A program made the position numbers and the translations under genes. A model generated the notes under the pieces. It saw only the letters and a program-made list of their open reading frames with translations, made no database searches and had not been told where the DNA came from. A stretch of DNA of 43,598 nucleotides from Candidatus Krumholzibacteriia bacterium (GTDB lineage Bacteria > Krumholzibacteriota > Krumholzibacteriia > LZORAL124-64-63): NCBI GenBank assembly GCA_036351155.1, contig JAZBOO010000110.1, forward strand, positions 1 through 43,598, in the 5' to 3' direction. Within the stretch, counting starts at the first letter, position 1. Each line of letters begins with the position of its first letter. Of the stretch, positions 20,683-29,743 are shown in pieces.

Positions 20683-22229
20683 CCCGGCCAGATCGTCGCG
20701 GCGCGGTGTCCCGTCCCATTCTGCTGTTGACCCTGTTGCTGGTCATCGCCCTGGTGGCCCTGTTCCTCCTGCGCCGCAATCCGGCCCCCGTGGACTATAC
20801 TCTGGGCGGTCCGCTTTTCCAGACCCCGCCAGATAGCGTGGAAGGGCTCCTGGTCACCCGCGATCGGGCCCAGTACCGGCTGGATCGACAGCCCACGGGT
20901 TACTGGAGCCTGTCCGGGGCCCTGTCCGATTTCCTGGACCAGGATGCGGTCGAGAACCTGATCACCGGCCTGACCACCGCAACAGGGGGGCGCCTGCTGG
21001 CCGGCAGCGAACCCGAGGACCGGCGTTACGAGTTCAATGGCCCCGATGCCATCCGTCTGCGCTTGTTTGGCCCCGAGGGCACCATGGAAAATCTGGCCAT
21101 CGGCACCAGCAATCCGGTGACGGGACTGTATTACGGCACGGGTGCCGGCCGCAGCGCCTGTTTTCCGGTGGCGCCCGGATTGCGGGAAAATCTGGCCGCG
21201 GTGCCTTCCAGCCTGCGTCTGACCTCCTTGCTGCCTCCTCCAGCCCGCGGTCAGGTCCAGGAGCTGGAGGTATGGCGAGGCGGCGAGAAAGACCTTCTCA
21301 AGCGCCACCGGGGACGCTGGTGGGTTGCGGAGCCCGAGGTCTGGGATCCCGGCTCCTGGTTCCGGGCCTACCGCCGGTATTACCAGGATCGCCAGGCCAC
21401 ATTCGATGGCCGAAACTGGCTGCTGGCCAGCGATGCCACGGTGAATTTGCTGATTTACGAGGTCACCCAGGTGAAGGTTCGCGCCGTTCTGCCCCCCGAG
21501 CAGACGGCCCAGCTGAGCGAAGCGCGGACCCTGCCCTGGCGCCGGGTGGTTTTGCGTGGCGGAGGCCTGAATCCCGACCCGAGCCATGGCGTCGCCAGCG
21601 AGCTGGAGATTGCCTTCCTGGACCAGCTGGAGGCCGACTGGGTTCCCGCCCTGCGGCGTGGTCACCTGGTCCGGACCGATCTCGAGGCGATCGGAACGCT
21701 TTCTCAGCCTCGGGGCCATTTGCTGGACAGTCGGGCCGTGTCCTTCGGCCCCAGCCTGACCGACTCCATGACCCTGACCCGCGAAGGCCGGGTGGTTCTG
21801 AAGGGCCATCGCGACCCCGAGGTGGCGGCCGATGAGAAGCGGAAACTGCGCGCCAGCGATCGCTGGGTGACGGACTGGCCGCCGCTGGGCCACTTCGACC
21901 TGGATCGCGGGCAGCTCGACGGACTGACCCAGAACCTGCTGGCCAACCTGGAAACCACGCCCACCTTGCGGGTGTTGCCTCCCACGCAGAACCGCGCGGT
22001 CCTGAAAGACCCGGAAAGAGTGCGGCTGGAATTCCACCGTGGTGGAGATGGGGGCACGGTGAAGATGGAGATCGGTTTTCTGGACCCGTCGCAGCTGCCG
22101 GCAGATAGCCCCGAGCTGGCGGTGGCCGAAGACGGTATGGATCCGGTGGGTCTCTGGTTCCCGGGGAGCGGCCAGTTGCTACAGGTCCCGGGGCACTTCA
22201 TCACCACGGCCCGGGCCTGGGATCGCTAG
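20679..22229 (+). CDS. DUF4340-like membrane-anchored periplasmic protein
   Basis: Single N-terminal TM; W.L...D...V..L and L.IG..NP....Y patterns; typical third gene of GldA/F/G-like modules; ATGA overlap. Confidence 0.65.
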   Translation: MTRPDRRGAVSRPILLLTLLLVIALVALFLLRRNPAPVDYTLGGPLFQTPPDSVEGLLVTRDRAQYRLDRQPTGYWSLSGALSDFLDQDAVENLITGLTTATGGRLLAGSEPEDRRYEFNGPDAIRLRLFGPEGTMENLAIGTSNPVTGLYYGTGAGRSACFPVAPGLRENLAAVPSSLRLTSLLPPPARGQVQELEVWRGGEKDLLKRHRGRWWVAEPEVWDPGSWFRAYRRYYQDRQATFDGRNWLLASDATVNLLIYEVTQVKVRAVLPPEQTAQLSEARTLPWRRVVLRGGGLNPDPSHGVASELEIAFLDQLEADWVPALRRGHLVRTDLEAIGTLSQPRGHLLDSRAVSFGPSLTDSMTLTREGRVVLKGHRDPEVAADEKRKLRASDRWVTDWPPLGHFDLDRGQLDGLTQNLLANLETTPTLRVLPPTQNRAVLKDPERVRLEFHRGGDGGTVKMEIGFLDPSQLPADSPELAVAEDGMDPVGLWFPGSGQLLQVPGHFITTARAWDR

Positions 22230-22235
22230 TCCGAG

Positions 22236-23732
22236 TCAATGCGCGGCGCGCACACTCCAGGGCAATTCAAGAGCAGCAGACACCGGGCCCATGAACGGGG
22301 CCTCCATGGGAACCAGGGGAGGAAGCGTCACGGGCTCCTGACCCAGGGCCACCTCGGACAGGATGGTGGCATACATTTCCGTCTGACTGGCAAACTGTTC
22401 CTTCAGCTCACCGCTCACCGGAGCGGCCGCGGGCAACTTCAGCTTGCGGGGATTCACGAATTTCCCATTCCGCTTGACGCGATAATCCAGATGAGGGCCG
22501 GTGGCGTAGCCGGTGGCGCCCACGTAACCGATGACCTGGCCCTGGGTGACCCGTGAACCCTTCTTGATGCCCTGGGCATAGCGGGACAGGTGCAGGTAGT
22601 AGGTCTCGTATTCGGCATTGGTGTGGCGGATCTGGATGAAGCGCCCGTTGCCCTTCTTGCTGGTGGCGGCCATCACGGTTCCGTCACCTGCGGCACGCAC
22701 GGGAGTGCCCAGCGGGGCGGCGTAGTCCACCCCCAGGTGGGGCATCCAGCGCTTCAGCACGGGGTGAAACCGGCGGAAAGAAAAGCCGCTGCTGATGCGG
22801 GAGTACTGCACCGGTGCGCGCATGAGCTGCTTGGCCAGGTTGTTGCCCTCGGCATCGTAATATCCGGGACGATCGTCAGTGCTGGTGAACAGATAGGCCG
22901 AGCGGGCCTTGCCCTTGTTGACCATCTCGGCGCCCAGGATCTGACCCACGCGCACCCGCTTGCCATCCTTCCAGACCTCCTCGAACAGGATCCGGAAGGT
23001 GTCGCCCTTGCGCAGGTCACGCGTGAAATCCAGGTCCCAGCCCAGGATGTCGCTCATCTTGGGAGCCAGGTCCAGCGGAGCGTCCAGCTCCTGCAGGCTG
23101 GCGTACAGGCTGAGATTGATGGTGCCGCCCACGGCCTTCAGCCGGCGTTCCACCGGGTAGGTGAAATCGTGCCGGGTGTAGGAGTCTCCCTCGCGGCGGA
23201 ACACCACGTAGCTTTCTTCGTCCAGGTCGAAGCCCAGGCTTTCCAGACCACCGTCTGGCTTGATGTGGAGACGGAACATTTCGCCCGCCCGCACGTTGCG
23301 CAGGTTCCGGAATTCCTTGACGGCCTTCACCAGGGTCATGATGTCTTCATGGGCCACGTATCGGGCAGCCATGGCCTCGTAGAAGGTCTGGCCGCGTCCG
23401 ATCCGCATTTCCACCGGGCCTTCATCATGGCGATACAGGGGGCCCAGCTCGGCAAGAGGCAGCAGCGGGCATTCAGGAGAGCGGACAAACAAACCCAGGC
23501 CGTCGGGTGCCCCCATGTCATGCTGGATGATTCCCAGCACATCGGCCAGCGGCTTCTCCGCCGGGCCGCCCACGCCGTCCTCGATCGCGGAGGCGGGAGG
23601 ACCCGCGGTCCACTGATTCCAGCCCCAGGCCGCCACCACCACGGCGGCGCCCAGGATGAAGGGGAGAGCACGCCTGATCAGGGGGCGCTGCGTCTCCTCG
23701 GAAGAAATTTCGGGTCGGGTTTCCAGGGTCAT
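22236..23732 (-). CDS. M23 family peptidoglycan DD-endopeptidase (MepM/OapA-like)
   Basis: N-terminal TM; RISSGF..RRFHPV, H.GVDYAAP.GTPV.A.GDG, YLHLS and GPHLDY motifs (HxxxD/HxH, with H changed to D after GPHL); start uncertain (23732 or 23762). Confidence 0.9.
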   Translation of the reverse strand: MTLETRPEISSEETQRPLIRRALPFILGAAVVVAAWGWNQWTAGPPASAIEDGVGGPAEKPLADVLGIIQHDMGAPDGLGLFVRSPECPLLPLAELGPLYRHDEGPVEMRIGRGQTFYEAMAARYVAHEDIMTLVKAVKEFRNLRNVRAGEMFRLHIKPDGGLESLGFDLDEESYVVFRREGDSYTRHDFTYPVERRLKAVGGTINLSLYASLQELDAPLDLAPKMSDILGWDLDFTRDLRKGDTFRILFEEVWKDGKRVRVGQILGAEMVNKGKARSAYLFTSTDDRPGYYDAEGNNLAKQLMRAPVQYSRISSGFSFRRFHPVLKRWMPHLGVDYAAPLGTPVRAAGDGTVMAATSKKGNGRFIQIRHTNAEYETYYLHLSRYAQGIKKGSRVTQGQVIGYVGATGYATGPHLDYRVKRNGKFVNPRKLKLPAAAPVSGELKEQFASQTEMYATILSEVALGQEPVTLPPLVPMEAPFMGPVSAALELPWSVRAAH

Positions 23733-23958
23733 GTCCTCTCGCGCCGGTATAAAGCTATCCAACAGCGATCAAATTGCACCCCACCAGGGTGGCGAGGCAA
23801 GAGTTTTTTAGGTGAAGAGCCCGGCCCATCCTTGTGTCGTCAAGGCACGATCCATGCTATCATGACAGCACATGATGCACTTTGCGGGCCCGAACCCCAC
23901 CTCGGCGGGGCAAATCAGGGCCTGAACCCACTATTCCGCTCCATCTGGAGGTTTTCCG

Positions 23959-25980
23959 GTGCTTCTCTGCAATTCTAGCAACCGCTGTGCCGTATTCGGC
24001 CTGATTCTTCCCTTTGCCATCTTGTGGGGGACCGCGGTGCCTGCAGGGGCCACGGGCTATCTGACGGATGCCGCGACCGGGGTGTCTGAACAATCCTTTG
24101 CCGCGGCCATCTGTGAGCTGGAAGACATGAACGCCGATGGACGGGCAGAGTTCCTGGTCGGGGCTCCTGGTGACAACCAGAACGGGTTGCAAGCCGGAGC
24201 GGTGTTTTACTACCGCAGCCGTCCGAACAATGCCCATGGTCAGCAACAGATCTGGCGAGGCGTCGGTGGCGAGAAGTTTGGTTTTGCCGTGGCGCGCATC
24301 GGCGATGTGAACAGTGACGGCATTCCGGATTTTGCCGTGGGCGCCCCCCTGTCCGACACCGGCGGTGCCGACAGTGGCCGCGTTTGCCTGTTCTGGGGAG
24401 GAAGCACGATTTCCTCGACTCCGAATCTGGTCATTGCCGGAGCCACCGGCGGCGACCAGTTCGGTTTCTCCATCAGTGCGGCCGGGGACTTCAACGGTGA
24501 TGGCGAGGATGACTTCATCGTGGGTGCACCCTACCGCAATCAACCCGGCCTGGATTCCGGAGCGGCCTACGTCATCTTCGGTGACAACGGTGGGCCCAGC
24601 ACCGATCTGGCCGATGCCCTGGTGCTCGGCGGAGAAATCGCCGGCAACCATTTCGGCTGGTCGGTCAGTGACGCCGGCAATTTCCTGGGCACGGCCAACG
24701 ACTGTGTGGCCGTGGGGGCTCCCGACAACCTGGCTGCCGGGGCGGTCTATGTCTACGAAGGGGCCTCGTTTCCCTCTTCGCCCAATGCGGTGTTTGACAA
24801 GAAAATCGTCAATGGCGCCGCCGCTGCTCCGGGCAGCAAGTACGGCTTCAGTGTGGAGAATGCCGGCCGCTGGGACAATGACGGTTACGATGATCTGGCC
24901 ATCGGTGCTCCGTTCTGCAACGAGTCGGCCATCGACGCGGGCCGGGTCGAGATCGTGTTCGGCGACACCTCACCGTCCTCCAGCGGCGATCGCTACGTCA
25001 ATGGAGAGACCGCCACCGACAACCTGGGCTATGCCCTGGCCGGAGTGGGCGATGTTATCGGGACCGGGAGCGATGACCTGCTGATCGGAGCCCCCGGCTA
25101 CGATGGAGACGCCTCCAACGGGGGACGTGCTTATCTGTTCGCCGGAGGGAGCTCCAGCAACAACGACGCCGGCAACCTGGAAGTGATTGCGGTGGACCCC
25201 CTGAATCCCGGGACATCGGCCAACGATCGCTTCGGCTGGGCGGTGTCTGCCGCCGGCCTTTTCGATGACGACGACAGCCTGGATTATGCCATTGGCGCCC
25301 CCGGCGGCAACATCGAGACCACCGCCGCCGCCGGCTATTGCTGGGTGCAGGACAGCGGGGGCGGCCTGGTGGGCTTGACCCTGCCGCAGTGGGATGTGGT
25401 CCGCACCGACCAGGGCACCGTCGAGGTGAGCTTCATTCTGGCGCTCGACCAGTCGGGCCTCCAGTCGCTGGCCCTTTCCCGTCTGGTGCCGGGTGCCCCG
25501 CCCCAGTTGCTGTGGGAGGGCTCTCCCCTGATGAATGAAGGGGTCACCGAGGGCCCGGCCATTTCTTTCGAGGGCCCGGTGTTTTCCTTCACCGACGCCA
25601 CCGCCCCGGCCGGCGAGTTTTCCTACCGCCTGGCCGTCACGACCACCTCGGGGCAAACCTTCACCCTCGATTCCCTGGCCGGTCCCTCCGCCCAGCTGGT
25701 CAGCCGGATGCGCGTGGAACCCGCCTGGCCCAACCCCTTCAACCCGTCGGTTTCGGTACGCTTCCAGGCTCCGGTGGGCACCCGGGTCCAGTGCCGCGTC
25801 ACCGACCTGCGGGGCCACCTGGTGACCGAGCTTTACGAGGGCCAGGGCTCTGGCGAGTGGCGCACCCTGACCTGGAATGGTCGCCATGATTCGGGTGCCC
25901 GGGTGGCATCGGGGATCTATCTGATCAGCGTGGAGGCCGGCAACGAACGCCAGGTCCAGCGCGTGGTCCTGGCCAAGTAA
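23959..25980 (+). CDS. Secreted FG-GAP (integrin-alpha-like) beta-propeller protein with C-terminal FlgD-Ig / sorting-like domain
   Basis: Signal-peptide-like N-terminus; about seven FG....GD.N.DG..D..VGAP repeats; C-terminal WPNPFNP...DLRG.LV..L...WNG......ASGIYL. Confidence 0.85.
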   Translation: MLLCNSSNRCAVFGLILPFAILWGTAVPAGATGYLTDAATGVSEQSFAAAICELEDMNADGRAEFLVGAPGDNQNGLQAGAVFYYRSRPNNAHGQQQIWRGVGGEKFGFAVARIGDVNSDGIPDFAVGAPLSDTGGADSGRVCLFWGGSTISSTPNLVIAGATGGDQFGFSISAAGDFNGDGEDDFIVGAPYRNQPGLDSGAAYVIFGDNGGPSTDLADALVLGGEIAGNHFGWSVSDAGNFLGTANDCVAVGAPDNLAAGAVYVYEGASFPSSPNAVFDKKIVNGAAAAPGSKYGFSVENAGRWDNDGYDDLAIGAPFCNESAIDAGRVEIVFGDTSPSSSGDRYVNGETATDNLGYALAGVGDVIGTGSDDLLIGAPGYDGDASNGGRAYLFAGGSSSNNDAGNLEVIAVDPLNPGTSANDRFGWAVSAAGLFDDDDSLDYAIGAPGGNIETTAAAGYCWVQDSGGGLVGLTLPQWDVVRTDQGTVEVSFILALDQSGLQSLALSRLVPGAPPQLLWEGSPLMNEGVTEGPAISFEGPVFSFTDATAPAGEFSYRLAVTTTSGQTFTLDSLAGPSAQLVSRMRVEPAWPNPFNPSVSVRFQAPVGTRVQCRVTDLRGHLVTELYEGQGSGEWRTLTWNGRHDSGARVASGIYLISVEAGNERQVQRVVLAK

Positions 25981-25988
25981 AGGGCCCC

Positions 25989-26942
25989 ATGGACCGTATC
26001 GAACTGCACACCCACCTGGAAGGGTCGGTCACTCCGGCGCGTCTGATTGCTCAGGCCGAGAAGTACGGTCAGCCCGGCTTGCCTTTGGCCTGTCTGGACG
26101 AGACGGGAACGCGCTATCGGTTCGCGGGTTTCCACGGCTTTCTGGATCTCTACAAGAACGTCACGCTGCTGCTGAAGGAGCCCGCCGATTTCCGGGCCAT
26201 CACCCTCGACCTGGGGCAACAGCTGGCCCGGGACGAGGTGGGCTATGCTGAGGTGATTGTCTCCTTCGGGGTGATGAAGCTGCGGGGCCTCGATCCGCTG
26301 CCCTTGCAACACGCCATCTGGGAGGCGGCGCAGCAGGTCCAGGAAACTCATGGTGTGACCATGCGCTTCCTGCCCGATGCGGTCCGGCAGTTCGGCCGGG
26401 ATGAGGCCATGCGCGTCTGGGAGGCCGCGGCCACCTGCGGGCGTGCGCTGGGGGTGGTGGGGTTCGGTCTGGGCGGCGATGAAACCGCGGGCCCTGCTTC
26501 GAACTTTGCTTCCCTGTGCGAGGAGGTACGGCGCGAAGGTCTGGGCTTGTCTTTTCATGCGGGCGAGGTGACGGCCATGGGACGCAAGGCCGCAGACTCG
26601 GTGCGCCAGGCGGTCGAGGTCTGCGGCGCCGACCGGATCGGCCACGGCCTGGCCGCTCCCGGTGACCCTCTGGTCATGGGCCTGCTGGCGGCCCGGGGCA
26701 CCTTCGTGGAGCTCTGTCCACGCTCCAACGTGGCCACGGGCAACCTGCGCCGGCTGGCTGACCACCCCGTGCGCGCCTTCCTCGACGCCGGCATTCCCTG
26801 CTGCCTCAATACCGATGACCGCACCCTGTTCGACCTCGATCTGGCCGGCGAGTATGCGGCCGCGGTGGAAACTTTGGATCTGACCGAGGCCGAGGTCACG
26901 CTGATGCATGAGCAGGCGCGGCAGGCGGCCTTCGGGCCCTGA
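25989..26942 (+). CDS. add: Adenosine/adenine deaminase family protein
   Basis: ELHTHLEG, FHAGE, RIGHG, ELCPRSN and NTDD metal/catalytic motifs. Confidence 0.88.
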   Translation: MDRIELHTHLEGSVTPARLIAQAEKYGQPGLPLACLDETGTRYRFAGFHGFLDLYKNVTLLLKEPADFRAITLDLGQQLARDEVGYAEVIVSFGVMKLRGLDPLPLQHAIWEAAQQVQETHGVTMRFLPDAVRQFGRDEAMRVWEAAATCGRALGVVGFGLGGDETAGPASNFASLCEEVRREGLGLSFHAGEVTAMGRKAADSVRQAVEVCGADRIGHGLAAPGDPLVMGLLAARGTFVELCPRSNVATGNLRRLADHPVRAFLDAGIPCCLNTDDRTLFDLDLAGEYAAAVETLDLTEAEVTLMHEQARQAAFGP

Positions 26943-26964
26943 AACTTTTAGCTGGAGGCGGGCC

Positions 26965-27399
26965 TTGGAATACAAGGGACTGGTGATCGGCGGGTTGTTG
27001 CCTGCCCTGGCGTTTGGTCTGGCGGGGATCCTGCAAAAATCGGCCTCGCGCTCCACCCCGGGCATGGGACCGTATCTGCTCTGCATCGGGCTGGGCGTTC
27101 TGTTGACAGGGGCGATTTACACCGCGATGACAACGGACCGCAACATTACCCTGCCCGCCGGGACGATGGCGCTGGGGATCGGGTTGTCCTGGGGTACGGG
27201 CATGCTCCTGGTGGGACTGGGGATCGGCCACTTCGCCGTTCCCCTGTCCAAGCTGGCCCCTCTGTATAACATGAACACCCTGGTGGTGGTCTTGCTGGCT
27301 CTGGTGTTCTTTGCCGAGGCCCGCGAGGTGATGGTGCCCCGTCTGGTTCTGGGTACCCTCCTGATCCTGGCCGGAGGTGCGGTGGTGGCCCGGTCTTGA
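26965..27399 (+). CDS. Small DMT/EamA-like membrane protein
   Basis: About 144 aa with about five hydrophobic segments; LSKLAPL..MN.LVVVLLALVFFAE pattern; TTG after GGAGG. Confidence 0.7.
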   Translation: MEYKGLVIGGLLPALAFGLAGILQKSASRSTPGMGPYLLCIGLGVLLTGAIYTAMTTDRNITLPAGTMALGIGLSWGTGMLLVGLGIGHFAVPLSKLAPLYNMNTLVVVLLALVFFAEAREVMVPRLVLGTLLILAGGAVVARS

Positions 27400-27544
27400 A
27401 CGATTTCATGGAATCCATTATTTCTCTTGCGCACACCTGAATTTCACCCATTATACCGCTCCGTTTTCATGGTATCTTGAAGGTGGCCTCAATTCTGGGG
27501 TTTCCTGGTCAGATGTTGGTTGCCGACCGGAAGGGGACGTGGCC

Positions 27545-28642
27545 ATGTCCGATGAAAAGAAGCCTCCCGCCGCCTCGGAGTTCATCCTGCTGGATGGGGT
27601 GAGTTCCAGCTCCATTGACCTGACCGAAGACTACGGCCATCAGCATCTGGTGGCCTCCGATGCCAGCAGGCCCCTGCACGAAAGACTGGCCGCGTTCGAG
27701 GACGTGTACGAGAGCGAGGTGGGCGACACCTCCATCGTGCGGGCCCGGAACATCGAGCGGACCACCGGAATGCGTCAGCTTTTCCTGAAATTCGAGGGCA
27801 GCAACCCCAGCGGCACCCAGAAGGATCGGATTGCCTTCGCCCAGGCACTGGATGCGCTCCGCCGCGGCTTCGATGCCATGACCGTGGCCACCTGCGGTAA
27901 TTATGGCGTGGCCTCGGCCACCGCCGCGATGATGGCCGGCCTCAAGTGTTTCGTCTTCATTCCCCAGACCTACCAGACCCGTCGCGCCAAGGAGATGGAA
28001 GACCTGGGGGCCCAGATCATCCGGACCACGGGGGATTACGAGGCGGCCGTCCTCGAGTCGCAAGCCTATGCAGATCAGCACGAGGTGTACGATGCCAACC
28101 CCGGCGGGGCCAACACCCTTTTGCAGTTGCAGGCCTACGGGCAAATAGCTTACGAGATCTACGATGATTTGCGGGACGCTCCCTTTCTGGTGGCGGTGCC
28201 GGCCTCCAACGGCACCACGCTGGCGGGCATTCATCATGGCTTTGTGAGTCTGTTCCGTCGCGGCAAGACCTCGCGCATCCCGCACATGGTTTGCGGCTCT
28301 GCCCACGGCAAGAATCCCATCGTGGTGGCCTGGCGCAAGAATCTGGACCACTGCGCCGATCTGCGGCCGGAAAGCATCAAGGAAACCGCCATCAACGAAC
28401 CGCTGATCAACTGGCACAGCATCGACGGGGATCTGGCTCTCAATGCCCTGCGGCGCAGCGACGGCTGGGCGGCCGACGCCACCGACAAGGCCATGCGGGA
28501 TGGGGCACGCCTGTTGCGCGACCAGGAAGGCTTGAATGTTCTGCCGGCCTCGACCGCCGGTCTGCTGGTGTTGCTGGCTCGCCACCAGCGGGAGCCCCTG
28601 CCGGGCGACCGTTACGTGGCCATCATCACGGGAAGGAAATGA
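27545..28642 (+). CDS. Fold-type-II PLP-dependent enzyme (threonine synthase-like)
   Basis: LFLKFEGSNPSGTQKDR (Schiff-base Lys), ATCGNYG, VPASNGTTLAG, EGL.VLPAS and ITG motifs; AAGGGG RBS. Confidence 0.85.
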   Translation: MSDEKKPPAASEFILLDGVSSSSIDLTEDYGHQHLVASDASRPLHERLAAFEDVYESEVGDTSIVRARNIERTTGMRQLFLKFEGSNPSGTQKDRIAFAQALDALRRGFDAMTVATCGNYGVASATAAMMAGLKCFVFIPQTYQTRRAKEMEDLGAQIIRTTGDYEAAVLESQAYADQHEVYDANPGGANTLLQLQAYGQIAYEIYDDLRDAPFLVAVPASNGTTLAGIHHGFVSLFRRGKTSRIPHMVCGSAHGKNPIVVAWRKNLDHCADLRPESIKETAINEPLINWHSIDGDLALNALRRSDGWAADATDKAMRDGARLLRDQEGLNVLPASTAGLLVLLARHQREPLPGDRYVAIITGRK

Positions 28643-28643
28643 C

Positions 28644-29741
28644 ATGGGTTCTTGGCCTGAAGGCGTGGCAGTTGTCTACTGTCAGGGGGCGTTCAACACC
28701 ACCAACGGGAAAACAGCGCATGGCCTGGTGCGCCGTAGCGAACGGTATCCGGTGCTTTGCGTCATCGATGCCGAGTATGCCGGACAGGATGCGGGCATGG
28801 TCCTGGATGGTCGGCCCCGGGATATTCCCCTGGTGGCCAACCTGGCCCAGGCCCTGGCGCTGGCCGATCAGGAAGGAGTGAAGCTGACCCACTTCGTGGT
28901 GGGGTTGGCCCCGGACGGGGGACGCTTGCCGGGCCTGGCGCGCAACGATGTGGCGGCGGCCCTGAGGCATGGTCTGCATGTCGACAGCGGCCTGCACGAT
29001 TTTCTGAGCGAAGATCCCGAACTGGCCAGCCTGGCGCGCGACCACCGGGTCGTGATTCGTGACGTGCGTAAAACACCTCCTCGCAGTGAGTTACACTTCT
29101 TTGAAGGGCGTATCAACGAGGTCGATGCCTTCAAGGTGGCCATTCTGGGCACCGATTCTGCGGTGGGCAAGCGCACCACGGCCTGGTTGATGGTCGACGC
29201 CTGGCGCAAGGCGGGCCGGTGCACCGAAATGGTGGGCACCGGGCAGACGGCCTGGCTCCAGGGCGCGCGCTATTCCCTTATTCTGGACTCGCTGATCAAC
29301 GACTTCGTGGCCGGCGAGATCGAGCATGCGGTCTGGTCCTGCTGGTCCGAAGCAAAGGCCGAGATCATAGTCCTGGAAGGCCAGGGCAGCCTGATGAACC
29401 CGGCCTATCCCGGCGGGTTCGAGTTGCTGGCGGCCGGCCGCCCCGACGTGGTGGTGATGCAGCACGCCCCGGCCCGAAAAGAGTACGATGGTTTTCCCGG
29501 CCACCAGATGCACGACCTCCCGACCCAGATTCAGGCCGTGGAACTCCTGTCCGGCAAGCCGGTGGTGGCGGTCACCTTGAATCACGAATTGATGGCATCC
29601 GACGAGATCGATGCTGCCTGTGCCGTCATCACCCGGGAAACAGGCCTGCCGGCCTTCGACGTCCTGCGGGACGGGGCCGATCAGCTGATCGCACACCTCG
29701 ATGATCGCCTGGCGCAGCATGCCCAGGCCCGGAAGGAATAA
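28644..29741 (+). CDS. DUF1611 family P-loop protein (DgcN, D-glutamate N-acetyltransferase-like)
   Basis: GKTAHGLVR, SGLHDFL, GTDSAVGKRTT, GTGQT, DFVAGEIE and EGQGSL motifs typical of DUF1611. Confidence 0.88.
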   Translation: MGSWPEGVAVVYCQGAFNTTNGKTAHGLVRRSERYPVLCVIDAEYAGQDAGMVLDGRPRDIPLVANLAQALALADQEGVKLTHFVVGLAPDGGRLPGLARNDVAAALRHGLHVDSGLHDFLSEDPELASLARDHRVVIRDVRKTPPRSELHFFEGRINEVDAFKVAILGTDSAVGKRTTAWLMVDAWRKAGRCTEMVGTGQTAWLQGARYSLILDSLINDFVAGEIEHAVWSCWSEAKAEIIVLEGQGSLMNPAYPGGFELLAAGRPDVVVMQHAPARKEYDGFPGHQMHDLPTQIQAVELLSGKPVVAVTLNHELMASDEIDAACAVITRETGLPAFDVLRDGADQLIAHLDDRLAQHAQARKE

Positions 29742-29743
29742 CC

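Noticed and set aside
23855..23863. TGCTATCAT extended -10-like motif upstream of the FG-GAP gene
   Set aside because: No properly spaced -35 and no other support; too weak to call
27545..28642. Gene symbol thrC
   Set aside because: Motifs deviate (TQKDR, ATCGNYG, PASNG), there is no hom/thrB context, and the gene is embedded in the DUF1611 operon
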